Assembly: GCA_900318255.1 (NCBI GenBank)
Contig: ONJX01000018.1
Coordinates: 5,598 to 69,597 of the forward strand
Reading direction: 5' to 3'
DNA length: 64,000 bases
DNA from: an uncultured Prevotellaceae bacterium
GTDB taxonomy: Bacteria > Bacteroidota > Bacteroidia > Bacteroidales > Muribaculaceae
Below the pieces are notes generated by a model that saw only the letters and a list, made by a program, of their open reading frames with translations, made no database searches and was not told the origin of the DNA. How positions within the stretch are numbered: the first letter of the stretch is position 1; each line of letters starts with the position of its first letter. Positions 45,798 through 55,783 of the stretch are shown here, piece by piece. A program made the translations under genes and the position numbers.

Positions 45798-46697
45798 TTA
45801 ATCAATCGTCTCCTTGAATTGCTTGCGGCGGAAGACGAAGTTGCGGCCCAAGTATTTCTCGCGCACCACGGGGTTCACGGCGAGCTCCTCGCTGGTGCCC
45901 TGGAAGAGGATCTTGCCTTCAAAGAGCAGGTAGGCGCGGTCGGTGATGCTCAGTGTCTCGGGGGCGTTATGGTCGGTGATGAGGATGCCTATGTTCTTGT
46001 GCTTGAGGCTATAGACGATGCTCTGGATATCTTCCACGGCAATGGGGTCAACGCCAGCAAACGGCTCGTCGAGCATGATGAACCAGGGGTTGATAGCCAG
46101 GCATCGTGCAATCTCGGTGCGGCGTCGCTCGCCACCACTGAGGCGATCGCCCAGGTTCTTGCGCACCTTCTCGAGGTGGAACTCGGCGATGAGCTCCTCG
46201 AGCTTGTCGCGCTGATACTCGGCGCTGGTGCCGGTCATCTCGAGCACGGTGCGAATGTTGTTCTCCACGGTGAGCTTGCGAAACACCGAAGCCTCCTGCG
46301 GCAGGTAGCCTATGCCCAGCTGGGCGCGGCGATACACTGGCAGCTTGGTGATTTCCACATTATTAATATACACGCGACCCTCATTGGGCGTTACCAGGCC
46401 CGTTGTCATGTAGAACGTGGTAGTCTTACCAGCACCATTAGGTCCCAGCAGTCCCACAATCTCGCCTTGTCGCACGTTGATCGACACATGGTTGGCAACG
46501 GTGCGCTGGCGGTACTTCTTCACGAGGTTGTCGGTTTGCAGCACCAGCTTTCCCTCGTTGCCGCATTGCTTGAGCATGGCAGTGACCTTGTCGCTCACCT
46601 CTGTGATTTTATCAGCATTGATGAAGTCATCGCCTGTGGCCACCTGCACTTGCGCAGTGGGTTCTGTTTTCTTGTCGCGGTTGTTAAAAAGTTTCAT
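45798..46697 (-). CDS. lptB: LPS export ABC transporter ATP-binding protein
   Basis: GPNGAGKTT, YLPQEASVFRKL, LSGGERRR, DEPFAGVDP, TDHN; extra N-terminal segment of about 50 aa. Confidence 0.93.
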   Translation of the reverse strand: MKLFNNRDKKTEPTAQVQVATGDDFINADKITEVSDKVTAMLKQCGNEGKLVLQTDNLVKKYRQRTVANHVSINVRQGEIVGLLGPNGAGKTTTFYMTTGLVTPNEGRVYINNVEITKLPVYRRAQLGIGYLPQEASVFRKLTVENNIRTVLEMTGTSAEYQRDKLEELIAEFHLEKVRKNLGDRLSGGERRRTEIARCLAINPWFIMLDEPFAGVDPIAVEDIQSIVYSLKHKNIGILITDHNAPETLSITDRAYLLFEGKILFQGTSEELAVNPVVREKYLGRNFVFRRKQFKETID

Positions 46698-46727
46698 AAT
46701 GTGGTCTCTGTGGGTGGGCAAGAAATG

Positions 46728-47345
46728 TCACTTCTTGATGTTGAGGCGCGACTTGATGTAGTCAGTGAGCAGGTTGATGGCAACTTCGTTGTGACCACCC
46801 TCGGGCACGATGATATCTACAAATCGCTTGCAAGGCTCAATGTGCATCAGGTGCATGGGTTTGAGCACTTTCTGGTAGCGGTCTATCACCTCTTGTGCTG
46901 TGCGTCCTCGCTCAATGCAGTCGCGCGAGATGACGCGTATGAGGCGGTCGTCGCCGTCGGCATCGACAAAGACCTTGATGTCCATCATCTTGCGCAGCCG
47001 TGGGTCGCTCATTACCAGGATGCCCTCAATGAGCACCACGTCGTGTGGGTCCATGTGTACGGTCTCCTCCTGACGTGTGCAGGTGAGATAGCTGTAAGTG
47101 GGCATTTCTATCGACTCGCCTTTCTTGAGCATTTTCAGGTGCTCGAGCAGCAGGTTCCAGTCAAAGGCTGCTGGCTCGTCGAAGTTGATTTTTTGCCGGT
47201 CCTCGATGGGAATGTGGCTAGAGTCCTTGTAGTAGGAGTCTTGTGATATTATGCCAACTTCACCTTTAGGAAGGCGTTCCATGATTTTGCGTACTACAGT
47301 GGTCTTACCCGATCCTGTTCCGCCTGCGATACCAATGATAAACAT
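46728..47345 (-). CDS. udk: Uridine kinase
   Basis: GIAGGTGSGKTT, QDSYY, NFDEP, EGIL, RDC.ERGR. Confidence 0.95.
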   Translation of the reverse strand: MFIIGIAGGTGSGKTTVVRKIMERLPKGEVGIISQDSYYKDSSHIPIEDRQKINFDEPAAFDWNLLLEHLKMLKKGESIEMPTYSYLTCTRQEETVHMDPHDVVLIEGILVMSDPRLRKMMDIKVFVDADGDDRLIRVISRDCIERGRTAQEVIDRYQKVLKPMHLMHIEPCKRFVDIIVPEGGHNEVAINLLTDYIKSRLNIKK

Positions 47346-47591
47346 AATTTTTTGAACTTATTTAGTTTAGTGATAATCAGTATTTTTATTCTTTTGCAAA
47401 TCGCTGCAAGCGAGACCTCATGGATGGCATCTGCTTGCACCAATGTCTAAAATCTCACAAAGATACACTATTTTGCCAAAATAGTCAATACTTGAATGAA
47501 AAATATTCTTATTTTTCTTTCAGAGTTTTTTTACTAGGTTTTAGCCTGGAGTCTATTGCGAGGCTATCACCCATAAAATCTCTGGCATCAC

Positions 47592-47753
47592 CTATCTCTC
47601 AAATGGTTCTTCCTTGTGCTCTTTGGCCTGTTGTGCCAGCTTCTTGCGGTAGGCTTCTAGGTAGAGGTGCTGCCGGTGGCGTCGAGCGGCCTCTTTTTTA
47701 GCCTTGCGCTTGAGGTAATCGTTATGGTGGTTCTCTAAGTAGTTGTCGGCCAT
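47592..47753 (-). CDS. Small conserved Bacteroidales protein (53 aa)
   Basis: Not in the ORF track. MADNYLENHHNDYLKRKAKKEAARRHRQHLYLEAYRKKLAQQAKEHKEEPFER. Confidence 0.65.
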   Translation of the reverse strand: MADNYLENHHNDYLKRKAKKEAARRHRQHLYLEAYRKKLAQQAKEHKEEPFER

Positions 47754-47841
47754 AGTTAAATCAATTCATAATTCATAATGCACAATGCATAATTAATAAT
47801 TACGATCCCCGATCCTCGATCCCCGGTCCCCGATTTCCGTG

Positions 47842-48471
47842 TCATTCTTTGGAGAAGGTGTCGCTGAAGAGGGTGCGGTTTAGGATTGAGCGCCCCAGGG
47901 TGAGCTCGTCGGTATATTCTATCTCGTTACCCACGCTCACGCCGCGTGCCAGGATGGTGACTTTCACGTTGGGGTAGGGGGCTAGACGGCGGTAGATGTA
48001 GAAATTGGTGGTGTCGCCTTCCATGGTAGCACTCAGGGCGAGTATCACTTCTTTTACCTCACCACTTTTTACTCGCTCGGCAAGGCTCTCAATCTCGATG
48101 TCTTGTGGCCCTATGCCGTCCATGGGCGATATGAGTCCTCCCAGCACATGATAGAGGCCGTGGTGCTGGGCGGTGTTCTCGATACTCATGACGTCTTTCA
48201 CATTCTCGACCACGCACACGGTGCTGCGGTCGCGGGAGGGGTTGGCGCAGATGGGGCAGGTCTCGGTCTCGCTAATGTTGTGGCACACATGGCAGTAGCG
48301 AATCTCCTTGCGCAGCTTGATGATGCTCTCGCCAAAGCGTGTGGCAACATCCTCGTTCTGCTTGAGCAGGTAAAGTACGAGCCGTAGTGCCGTCTTGCGC
48401 CCTATGCCTGGCAGTTGTGCAAACTCTGTCACAGCATTTTCCAGAAGTCTAGAAGCAAATTCTTGTTCCAT
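47842..48471 (-). CDS. recR: Recombination mediator RecR
   Basis: [12 protein letters not shown]4 zinc finger, YHVLGG.ISP, TOPRIM EGDTT, YTDE.TL. Confidence 0.96.
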   Translation of the reverse strand: MEQEFASRLLENAVTEFAQLPGIGRKTALRLVLYLLKQNEDVATRFGESIIKLRKEIRYCHVCHNISETETCPICANPSRDRSTVCVVENVKDVMSIENTAQHHGLYHVLGGLISPMDGIGPQDIEIESLAERVKSGEVKEVILALSATMEGDTTNFYIYRRLAPYPNVKVTILARGVSVGNEIEYTDELTLGRSILNRTLFSDTFSKE

Positions 48472-48572
48472 GACTGCAAAGTTATACAAAAAACATTAAA
48501 TAGCAAAGTGGTGATTTGTTTAGATGGAAAAAAAGAAGTACCTTTGAAGATTGTTAAATAAAGAATATTATT

Positions 48573-49751
48573 ATGGAGACCGATAAGATAGCAATGCCAG
48601 CCGAGTTTATTGATATCTGCCCTATTCAGGACAGAGATTTCCACAATGAGATGTCGATGCTCGTTAATGAGCCCATGTTCAGGCACATCGTCAAGATGAT
48701 AGCCCCCGACTTAGGCTTCACTAAGGTGAAGATGCTGCTCTTGAGCCTGAACTCCAAGCAGGAGTTTCAAGAGAAAGTGATGAAACCTGTGGTAGATGGC
48801 ATGCTTAAGAAGACCTCGCTGGGGCTCACCTCAAGCGGCCTTGATAACCTGGTAAAAGACGTGCCTAACACGTTTATCACCAACCATCGCGACATAGTGC
48901 TCGACTCGGCGCAGCTGAGCTTCCTCATGCTAGAAAACGACATGGACTCGTGTGAGATAGCAATAGGCAACAATCTGCTCATATATAACTGGATAACACG
49001 GCTTGTGAGATTAAACAAGTGCTTTGTGGTCAAGCGCAACCTGGGCCGCTTGCAGACGATGACCGCCGCCATTCAGCTCTCGCGATACATCCACTTTGTG
49101 CTTACCCAGAAGAAGGGATCGGTGTGGATAGCCCAGCGCGAGGGCCGCTGCAAGGACGGCAACGACCGCACCCAGGAGAGCCTGCTCAAGATGCTCACCT
49201 ATGGCAATCGCGATGTGCCCTTCGTCGAGAGCCTTAAGGAGCTGAACATCGCGCCCATTGCCATCAGCTATGAATATGACCCTAACGACCGCCTCAAGGC
49301 ACGTGAGTATCTGCTCAAGAGCAAGAACCCCAACTACAAGAAGACCCAGGAAGATGATCTTGAGAGCATGAAGATAGGAATCATGGAGAACAAGGGGCAC
49401 ATCCATTATGCCTTCACGCCATGCATCAACGAGCGCCTGGATAAGATTCCTGCCGACCTCGACCGGTTGCTGCTGGTGCAGCGCATCTGTGGCATCATCG
49501 ATCATGCCATTCATGCTAATTACAAGATTTTCAAGACAAACTATATAGCTCACGACTTGCTCTTTGACAACAAGGACTTTGCCGAGCACTACACTGCCCA
49601 GGAAGAAAAAGAGTTTCGCGACTATCTTAACGCTCAGCTCGACCGCATCGACGACATTCCTGTCAACGCCAGCGACCGCAACTACATGCTTAAATACATG
49701 CTGCAGATGTATAGCAACCCACTCACCAATCACATCGAGGCAATAGGGTAA
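48573..49751 (+). CDS. Acyltransferase (PlsC/GPAT family)
   Basis: NHRDIVLD (HX4D), WIAQREGR.KDG.D.TQ. Confidence 0.88.
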   Translation: METDKIAMPAEFIDICPIQDRDFHNEMSMLVNEPMFRHIVKMIAPDLGFTKVKMLLLSLNSKQEFQEKVMKPVVDGMLKKTSLGLTSSGLDNLVKDVPNTFITNHRDIVLDSAQLSFLMLENDMDSCEIAIGNNLLIYNWITRLVRLNKCFVVKRNLGRLQTMTAAIQLSRYIHFVLTQKKGSVWIAQREGRCKDGNDRTQESLLKMLTYGNRDVPFVESLKELNIAPIAISYEYDPNDRLKAREYLLKSKNPNYKKTQEDDLESMKIGIMENKGHIHYAFTPCINERLDKIPADLDRLLLVQRICGIIDHAIHANYKIFKTNYIAHDLLFDNKDFAEHYTAQEEKEFRDYLNAQLDRIDDIPVNASDRNYMLKYMLQMYSNPLTNHIEAIG

Positions 49752-49935
49752 GTGTTAAGGGTGAAGTGTTAAGTGTTAAGTAGGGACAAGGCGTGCCTTG
49801 TCCGCCCATAATCTCACTACTGCCTCCCATAAACGAAAACCGTTCCCCTACCCTCAATCCCCGATCCTCAATCCCCGATCCCCGATCCCCGATTCCCGAT
49901 TCCCGATCTACGTTCCCCGTTCCCCGTTCCCCGTT
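49750..49935. repeat. Intergenic cluster of 7-mer arrays (GTGTTAA; CCCGATC/CCCGTTC) with a REP-like palindrome
   Basis: Tandem heptamers flank GGACAAGGCGTGCCTTGTCC at about 49783-49802. Confidence 0.75.
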
Positions 49936-49987
49936 CCACCTGCAAACGATAATAATTCCTTTTTCTCCTTATAACACCTTTAAATAA

Positions 49988-51250
49988 ATGACTATACAAT
50001 GGTTACCGCTCATAGTGCTGCTCATCGTTAACATTGGTCTTGACTGGTGGCTGTTTCGCAAGTTCAAGCGCGACAAGAAGTGGCCTCGGCTCAAGAGTGT
50101 GTCGCACGCAGTGCTCTCGCTATTGCTCATGGTGATGCTGATAGTGACTATTGCTATACCGCACCGCACGTGTGGCAATGGCACTTTTGTGGCCATCATG
50201 TGGATGTTGTATATCTACTATACTTTTTATGTGCCACGTTACTTAGCCGCCTTAGTGTGGATGCCCACGCACTTGAAGAAGAGTGGCAAGCTCACCCGCA
50301 AGGTGGGAGGCATTGCTGCTACCGCGCTGGGTGTGCTGGTGTTCATATACATGTGGATAGGCCTTTTGTTCGTCCCTTATCAAGTGCATGTGGAGCGTTT
50401 AGAGCTAGAGTTTGAGAATCTGCCCGCAGAGTTTGACGGCTATCGCATCGTTCAGTTCAGCGACTTGCATCTGGGCACTTACAATGGCGACACCCAGTTT
50501 GTTCAGGAAGTTGTTGACAGCATCAATGCGTTGAAGCCCGACCTGATATGCTTCACTGGCGACCTCGTGAGCCGCCGCACCGACGAGGCGTTGCCCTATA
50601 AAAATATCCTCTCCTCGCTTCATGCTCGCGACGGTGTGGTGTCAATCCAAGGCAATCATGATGAGGCTCTCTATTATGACTGGCCCAGTGATGAGGCGCG
50701 TCGTGCCGACAGCGTGGCCCTGATCGACTTGCAAAAGGAGATGGGATGGAAAATGCTTATGAATGACCACATGATCGTCAAGCGCGACACTAGTGAGATA
50801 GCAGTGCTGGGAACCATCTATTTCCGTGGCTGGCCATTCCCAATATATGGCAATCTTGATAAGGCTTATCCCGATTATAATACTGGCAAGCATTTTATAG
50901 TGCTGCTGCAGCACATCCCCTCGGTGTGGAAGCTTGACAGGTTCTACCAAAGGCGCGTGGTAATGGCCCGCTTGTGCGACAAGGTGGATCTCATGCTCAC
51001 TGGGCACACTCATGCCATGCAGTGCATGATAACCCTGTTTGGGCACAAGTTCTCGCCGGCATGGTTTGTTGATGAGTATTGGGGCGGCCTTTATACCGAG
51101 GGCGACCACAAGCTCTATGTGAACATAGGCATCGGCATGGTGGGCATGCCCGCCCGCTTGGGAAGCGCCACCCCCGAGATAACTGTCATAACGCTCAAGA
51201 AACGAGGAGGCTGCATCGTGGATGACAAAGGCAACAGAATAAGTGACTAA
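49988..51250 (+). CDS. Membrane-anchored metallophosphoesterase
   Basis: SDLH, TGD, GNHD, GHTH motifs after four TM helices. Confidence 0.9.
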   Translation: MTIQWLPLIVLLIVNIGLDWWLFRKFKRDKKWPRLKSVSHAVLSLLLMVMLIVTIAIPHRTCGNGTFVAIMWMLYIYYTFYVPRYLAALVWMPTHLKKSGKLTRKVGGIAATALGVLVFIYMWIGLLFVPYQVHVERLELEFENLPAEFDGYRIVQFSDLHLGTYNGDTQFVQEVVDSINALKPDLICFTGDLVSRRTDEALPYKNILSSLHARDGVVSIQGNHDEALYYDWPSDEARRADSVALIDLQKEMGWKMLMNDHMIVKRDTSEIAVLGTIYFRGWPFPIYGNLDKAYPDYNTGKHFIVLLQHIPSVWKLDRFYQRRVVMARLCDKVDLMLTGHTHAMQCMITLFGHKFSPAWFVDEYWGGLYTEGDHKLYVNIGIGMVGMPARLGSATPEITVITLKKRGGCIVDDKGNRISD

Positions 51251-51274
51251 ATTTAATAAGCTGACGAGCTGACG

Positions 51275-51361
51275 AGCTGACAAGGCAATAGCAGCTGTCG
51301 CACTTCACGGACAAGGCACGCCTTGTCCCTACAAGTTCTTAAAACTTCCTACTTCTTACTT
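51275..51361 (+). repeat. 87-bp REP/MITE-like element, copy A (inverted copy at 54905-54991)
   Basis: Core palindrome GGACAAGGCACGCCTTGTCC; about 5 differences from the reverse complement of copy B. Confidence 0.85.
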
Positions 51362-51390
51362 CATTTAACTTCTTTAATCACATAAAAATA

Positions 51391-53535
51391 ATGGCCGATA
51401 AGATTTCAACTTTAATATCGCAAGAGCTTAATATCCCGCTAAATCAGGTGTCAAATACTGTGAGCCTGCTGCGAGATGATAATTCCATCCCTTTCATCAG
51501 TCGCTACCGCAAGGAGGCGACGGGAAACCTCGACGAGACACAGGTTCAGTCGATTGACGCTCGCATGGCTTATTATGACGAGCTGCAAAAGCGCAAGAAC
51601 ACAATCCTGAAAACCATCGAGGCGCAGGAGTTGCTCACCGAGGAATTGTCAAACCGCATCCTCAACTGCTGGGATGCTACCGAGCTCGAGGACATATATT
51701 TGCCTTATAAGCCCAAACGCCGCACTCGCGCGCAGGTGGCTCGTGAGAAAGGCCTAGAGCCGCTTGCCAAGATGATAATGGCGCAAAAGGGTGGTGATGT
51801 GAGCCAGATGGCCTCGAAATTTGTTGATGGCGAGAAGGTGCCTAACGCCGATGAGGCGATTGACGGTGCTCTCGACATCATCGCCGAGTGGGTGAACGAG
51901 AACCAGGCGGTGCGCAACAGTGTGCGTCGCTCGTTCCGCTATGATGCCGTGCTCAACTGCAGCGTGGTCAAGGGAAAGGAGATTGAAGGCAGAAACTATG
52001 AGTTCTATTATGAGTTTTCCAAGCCATTGAAGTACATCTCGTCGCATCAGCTGCTTGCCATAAGACGTGGCGAGAAGGAGGGCTTCCTCAAAGTGAGCAT
52101 CGACATCAATAACGACCGTGCCGTCGATAACGTGTGCCGCATTGTGGTGCGAGGCAAGGGCGAGACGTCGCAGCTAGTGGAGGAAGCTGCCGAGGACAGC
52201 TACGGCCGTCTCATCAAGCCATCGATAGAGAACGAGTTTGCCGCCCTAAGCAAGGAGCGTGCCGATGCCGAGGCCATCGAGATGTTTGCGCAAAACGTGC
52301 GGCAGCTGCTCTTTGCCCCGCCACTGGGCCACAAGCGCATCCTTGCCGTTGACCCAGGCTTCCGCACTGGCTGCAAGGTGGTGTGCCTCGACGAGAATGG
52401 AAACCTGCTTCACAATGACGTGATTTATCCCACTGCTCCCAATTATGACATAGAGGGAGCCACCAAGAAGATTCACAACCTTGTGGAGACCTATAAGGTT
52501 GACGCCATAGCACTAGGTAACGGCACCGCCAGTCGCGAGACCGAGAAATTCCTCAAGAGAATACGTTATCGCCGCGACATCAACGTGTTTGTCGTGAGCG
52601 AGAATGGAGCCTCCATCTATAGCGCCAGCAAGATTGCCCGCGACGAGTTCCCCGACAAGGATGTGACCGTAAGGGGCGCCGTGTCGATAGGACGGCGACT
52701 GCTCGACCCCCTTGCCGAGCTGGTGAAAATCGATCCCAAGTCGATAGGAGTAGGGCAGTACCAGCACGATGTGGACCAGGCCAAGCTCAAGGAGGCGCTG
52801 AACTACACTGTGGAGAGCTGCGTCAACAGCGTGGGCGTGAACCTCAACACCGCCAGCAAGGAACTGCTCACCTACGTCTCGGGGCTGGGCCCAACGCTGG
52901 CGCAGAACATAGTCGATTACCGTGCCCAGAACGGAGATTTCCATTCGCGCCAGGAGTTGCTCAAGGTGCCCAAGCTCGGCCCCAAGACCTTCACTCAGGC
53001 AGCAGGCTTCCTGCGTGTGCCCGAGAGCGACAACCCTCTCGACAACAGTGCCGTGCATCCCGAGCGCTATGCTCTTGTAACCAAGATGGCGCGCGACTGC
53101 AACTGCACTGTGGCCGAGCTTATTAAAGATAAAGAGAAACGCAACCTCATCGACATCAAGCGCTACGTCTCTCACGATGTGGGCGAGTTGACCCTGATTG
53201 ACATCATGCGCGAGCTCGAGAAGCCCGGTCGTGACCCGCGCAGCGAGGTCAAGGCGATGGAGTTTGACGAGAGTGTGCATGAAATCACCGACCTCAAGCC
53301 AGGCATGGAATTGCCAGGCATAGTGACTAACATCACCCAGTTTGGTGCCTTTGTGGATGTGGGTGTCCACAAAGAAGGCCTTGTGCATGTGTCGCAGCTC
53401 AGCGACAAGCGTGTGGAGAACCCCGCTAAGGCAGTGAAACTCAATCAGCACGTGAGGGTGCGGGTAGTGAGTGTGGACCTTGAGCGCAAGCGCATCGCCC
53501 TGTCGATGAAAGGTGTGCAGCAGCCCCGCTCGTGA
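51391..53535 (+). CDS. tex: Tex-family transcriptional accessory protein
   Basis: IPFISRYRKE, EDIYLPYKPKRRTRA, DPGFRTGCK, IGVGQYQHDV, HhH motifs and S1 domain. Confidence 0.95.
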   Translation: MADKISTLISQELNIPLNQVSNTVSLLRDDNSIPFISRYRKEATGNLDETQVQSIDARMAYYDELQKRKNTILKTIEAQELLTEELSNRILNCWDATELEDIYLPYKPKRRTRAQVAREKGLEPLAKMIMAQKGGDVSQMASKFVDGEKVPNADEAIDGALDIIAEWVNENQAVRNSVRRSFRYDAVLNCSVVKGKEIEGRNYEFYYEFSKPLKYISSHQLLAIRRGEKEGFLKVSIDINNDRAVDNVCRIVVRGKGETSQLVEEAAEDSYGRLIKPSIENEFAALSKERADAEAIEMFAQNVRQLLFAPPLGHKRILAVDPGFRTGCKVVCLDENGNLLHNDVIYPTAPNYDIEGATKKIHNLVETYKVDAIALGNGTASRETEKFLKRIRYRRDINVFVVSENGASIYSASKIARDEFPDKDVTVRGAVSIGRRLLDPLAELVKIDPKSIGVGQYQHDVDQAKLKEALNYTVESCVNSVGVNLNTASKELLTYVSGLGPTLAQNIVDYRAQNGDFHSRQELLKVPKLGPKTFTQAAGFLRVPESDNPLDNSAVHPERYALVTKMARDCNCTVAELIKDKEKRNLIDIKRYVSHDVGELTLIDIMRELEKPGRDPRSEVKAMEFDESVHEITDLKPGMELPGIVTNITQFGAFVDVGVHKEGLVHVSQLSDKRVENPAKAVKLNQHVRVRVVSVDLERKRIALSMKGVQQPRS

Positions 53536-53570
53536 ACTAAAAAAGAACCGTCCCCAATTAGTTCAAAAAT

Positions 53571-53620
53571 AAAAAAACATGGAATCTTCACTTGCTTCGG
53601 GTGGGGATTCCATGTTGTTT
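53571..53620. terminator. Bidirectional terminator
   Basis: AACATGGAATC..GATTCCATGTT with A/T tracts, between convergent genes. Confidence 0.8.
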
Positions 53621-53638
53621 TACTGGCAGTTCCAGTAG

Positions 53639-53905
53639 CTAGACTTGCTCTTTGGGCTTCTGCTGTTCAAGGATTTCGAGTGCCATGTCGAGTATAGTGG
53701 GGTCGTCGAGGACAACGATGCCGCCATCGGGCCCTGGCTCGATGTGCACTCCCATGTGAATGCCGAAGTCATAGTTTGACCCGCCAAAGTAGTTTCTCAC
53801 TGTTTGAACACTGAGGTTCAATTTCTCGGCAATCACGTGTGTAGAGCCTTCAGGCAGACTGGCCTTGATGCGTCTGAGCTCATTGAAAGTAATGGTCTTT
53901 GGCAT
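53639..53905 (-). CDS. Small HTH DNA-binding protein conserved in Bacteroidetes
   Basis: ITFNELRRIK..LP.G..IA..L..TVRNYFGG..HIEPGPDGG. Confidence 0.85.
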   Translation of the reverse strand: MPKTITFNELRRIKASLPEGSTHVIAEKLNLSVQTVRNYFGGSNYDFGIHMGVHIEPGPDGGIVVLDDPTILDMALEILEQQKPKEQV

Positions 53906-54132
53906 GATAGTGTTGATTTTTATGATTTAGAAAAACTAGTGTAATTTAAAAATTTGCTATAAAGGTAGTGATTTTCTTTTAATGGAGAAAGAAAAAAGCG
54001 TTATTTTAGAAAAATATTTTCATGTTAGGTGGGTTCTATAAATTAATTGAGATGGATTTTGAATTTATGTCGAGCAGGTTTTTATTCAAAGTTGAAGAAT
54101 AGTAGCGGGCTACATTTCAAGACCTATCAACG

Positions 54133-54843
54133 CTAGCAAATGCCCAGCATGTTTAAAATGGTGGCGTTACTGTCGAGGAATAACGTCATTATTGCAGCCA
54201 GTGCCGCCAGGAGTGCGACGTTGATGACAAGCGCATAAATCATCTGCCTTGACTCGCCATGAGTGAATGAAATGTCAAACCAGAGAGGGAATTTCCGTTT
54301 CAGGCGTTTTGTGATGTAATAGACTATGGCTGCTGCGGCAAGGCCGAGGACTGCTCCACACACAATGTCGCCAGGGTAGTGCACGCCCAGATAGATGCGG
54401 CTGTAGCACATGAGCGACGCCCATGCTATCATGCACCAGGTGAAGGCGCGGTTCTTGAACAAGAATGCGAGTAGCAGAGCAATGCCAAAACAGTTGGCGG
54501 CATGGCTAGAGACGAAGCCAAATTTTCCTCCTCGGTATCCGTTCACGATATGAATGGTGGCTTGCAGGTCGGGGTTGCGCGATGGTCGCAGCCTTCCCAC
54601 AAGAGGCTTGATGATGCTTGCCGACACTTGGTCGGCAATGAGAATCACCACTCCCACAGCCAGCAATAGCGCCAGCATTTTTCGCCACCCTTTCTTCTTG
54701 TAAATCATCAAGAGCAGCATCAGTATCATGGGCAGCCAAGTGGCGATTACTGTCACCAGCGGCATGAGGTTGTCTAGAAATAGAGCGTTCCAACCATTGA
54801 TGGTTGTAAAGATGCTCGCGTCAAATTGTTGTAAAGATTCCAT
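54133..54843 (-). CDS. PAP2-family phosphatase
   Basis: K..R.RP, FVSSHAA, SRIYLGVHYP.D. Confidence 0.92.
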   Translation of the reverse strand: MESLQQFDASIFTTINGWNALFLDNLMPLVTVIATWLPMILMLLLMIYKKKGWRKMLALLLAVGVVILIADQVSASIIKPLVGRLRPSRNPDLQATIHIVNGYRGGKFGFVSSHAANCFGIALLLAFLFKNRAFTWCMIAWASLMCYSRIYLGVHYPGDIVCGAVLGLAAAAIVYYITKRLKRKFPLWFDISFTHGESRQMIYALVINVALLAALAAIMTLFLDSNATILNMLGIC

Positions 54844-54904
54844 TTTTCATTAGGAGTTTATAGGTGGAATGTGGAACGAATGAAGTAAGAAGTAAAGAAG
54901 TAAA

Positions 54905-54991
54905 AAGTAAGAAGTATGAAGTTTTAAGAACTTGTAGGGACAAGGCGTGCCTTGTCCGTGAAGTGCGACATCTACTATTGCCTCGTCAGCT
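54905..54991 (-). repeat. 87-bp REP/MITE-like element, copy B
   Basis: Reverse complement of 51275-51361. Confidence 0.85.
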
Positions 54992-55009
54992 TGTCCCTTG
55001 CTGGCTAAG

Positions 55010-55783
55010 CTAAATTTTTTCTAAGTCGGCTTTTTTCATCCAGCCAGTTTTGTTGCTTGTGGTCTCTATCATGTACCACATAGCAGCGTTGGCGCTTTTG
55101 TCATTGCTGATTGAGTCTATAATCTCGACTTTGGTACCACTAGGGAGTTTAAACTCCTCTTTCTCGCCATCGCGTGGCGACTTGTTGGCTGGTGCCTTAT
55201 CGGTCATCACAATGGCATAGTGGGCTTTTGTGGTGTGGCGATACATGTAGATGGCGCTAGCCATTGCCAGCAACGCAATAATTCCCAGCACTATAGCTCC
55301 GAAGAACCCCGTTTTTTGCAGTGCTACGCCAGTAGCGATGCGGTAGCAAGCTATAGCAGCGAGCATGAGCACAAACATTGCCAGCGAAATCATTGCCCAA
55401 GTGTTGCTCGACAGGTGTCCCACCCATCCCGATATCAAGGTGGTAAAGTAGTTGGTGCCGCTAGTCTCGTTGATTTTGGACTTCTCGTTCACAAACTTGA
55501 GGTTAAATCGAGCGTCGTCATTGCCTGGATCGAGCTTGAGAGCTCGCTCGTAGTTGAGCACAGCGTGTGCTCGGTCGCCCAGGCGGTAGTAGGCGTTGCC
55601 CAGGTTGTAGCGCAACAGTGAAGACTCGCCGTCGCGCAATGCTCGCTCATACATCTGGGTGGCTTTCTTGAACTGTTTCTGCTCGAAAGCTGTGTTGCCT
55701 TGTGCTATATAGTCGATGCCGCTGGCTTGTGATGTCACGGCAGCAATCAATATTGTGAATAATATTATGAGTCGATGTTTCAT
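55010..55783 (-). CDS. batE: BatE TPR/SH3 protein
   Basis: TPR YNLGNAYYR; C-terminal SH3-like GW motif; last gene of the bat operon. Confidence 0.88.
   Translation of the reverse strand: MKHRLIILFTILIAAVTSQASGIDYIAQGNTAFEQKQFKKATQMYERALRDGESSLLRYNLGNAYYRLGDRAHAVLNYERALKLDPGNDDARFNLKFVNEKSKINETSGTNYFTTLISGWVGHLSSNTWAMISLAMFVLMLAAIACYRIATGVALQKTGFFGAIVLGIIALLAMASAIYMYRHTTKAHYAIVMTDKAPANKSPRDGEKEEFKLPSGTKVEIIDSISNDKSANAAMWYMIETTSNKTGWMKKADLEKI

Noticed and set aside
45819-47246. Long antisense ORFs (475 aa here; also 23189-24097, 31621-32670, 52513-53451 and others)
   Set aside because: They are shadows of well-supported genes, caused by codon bias; no motifs.
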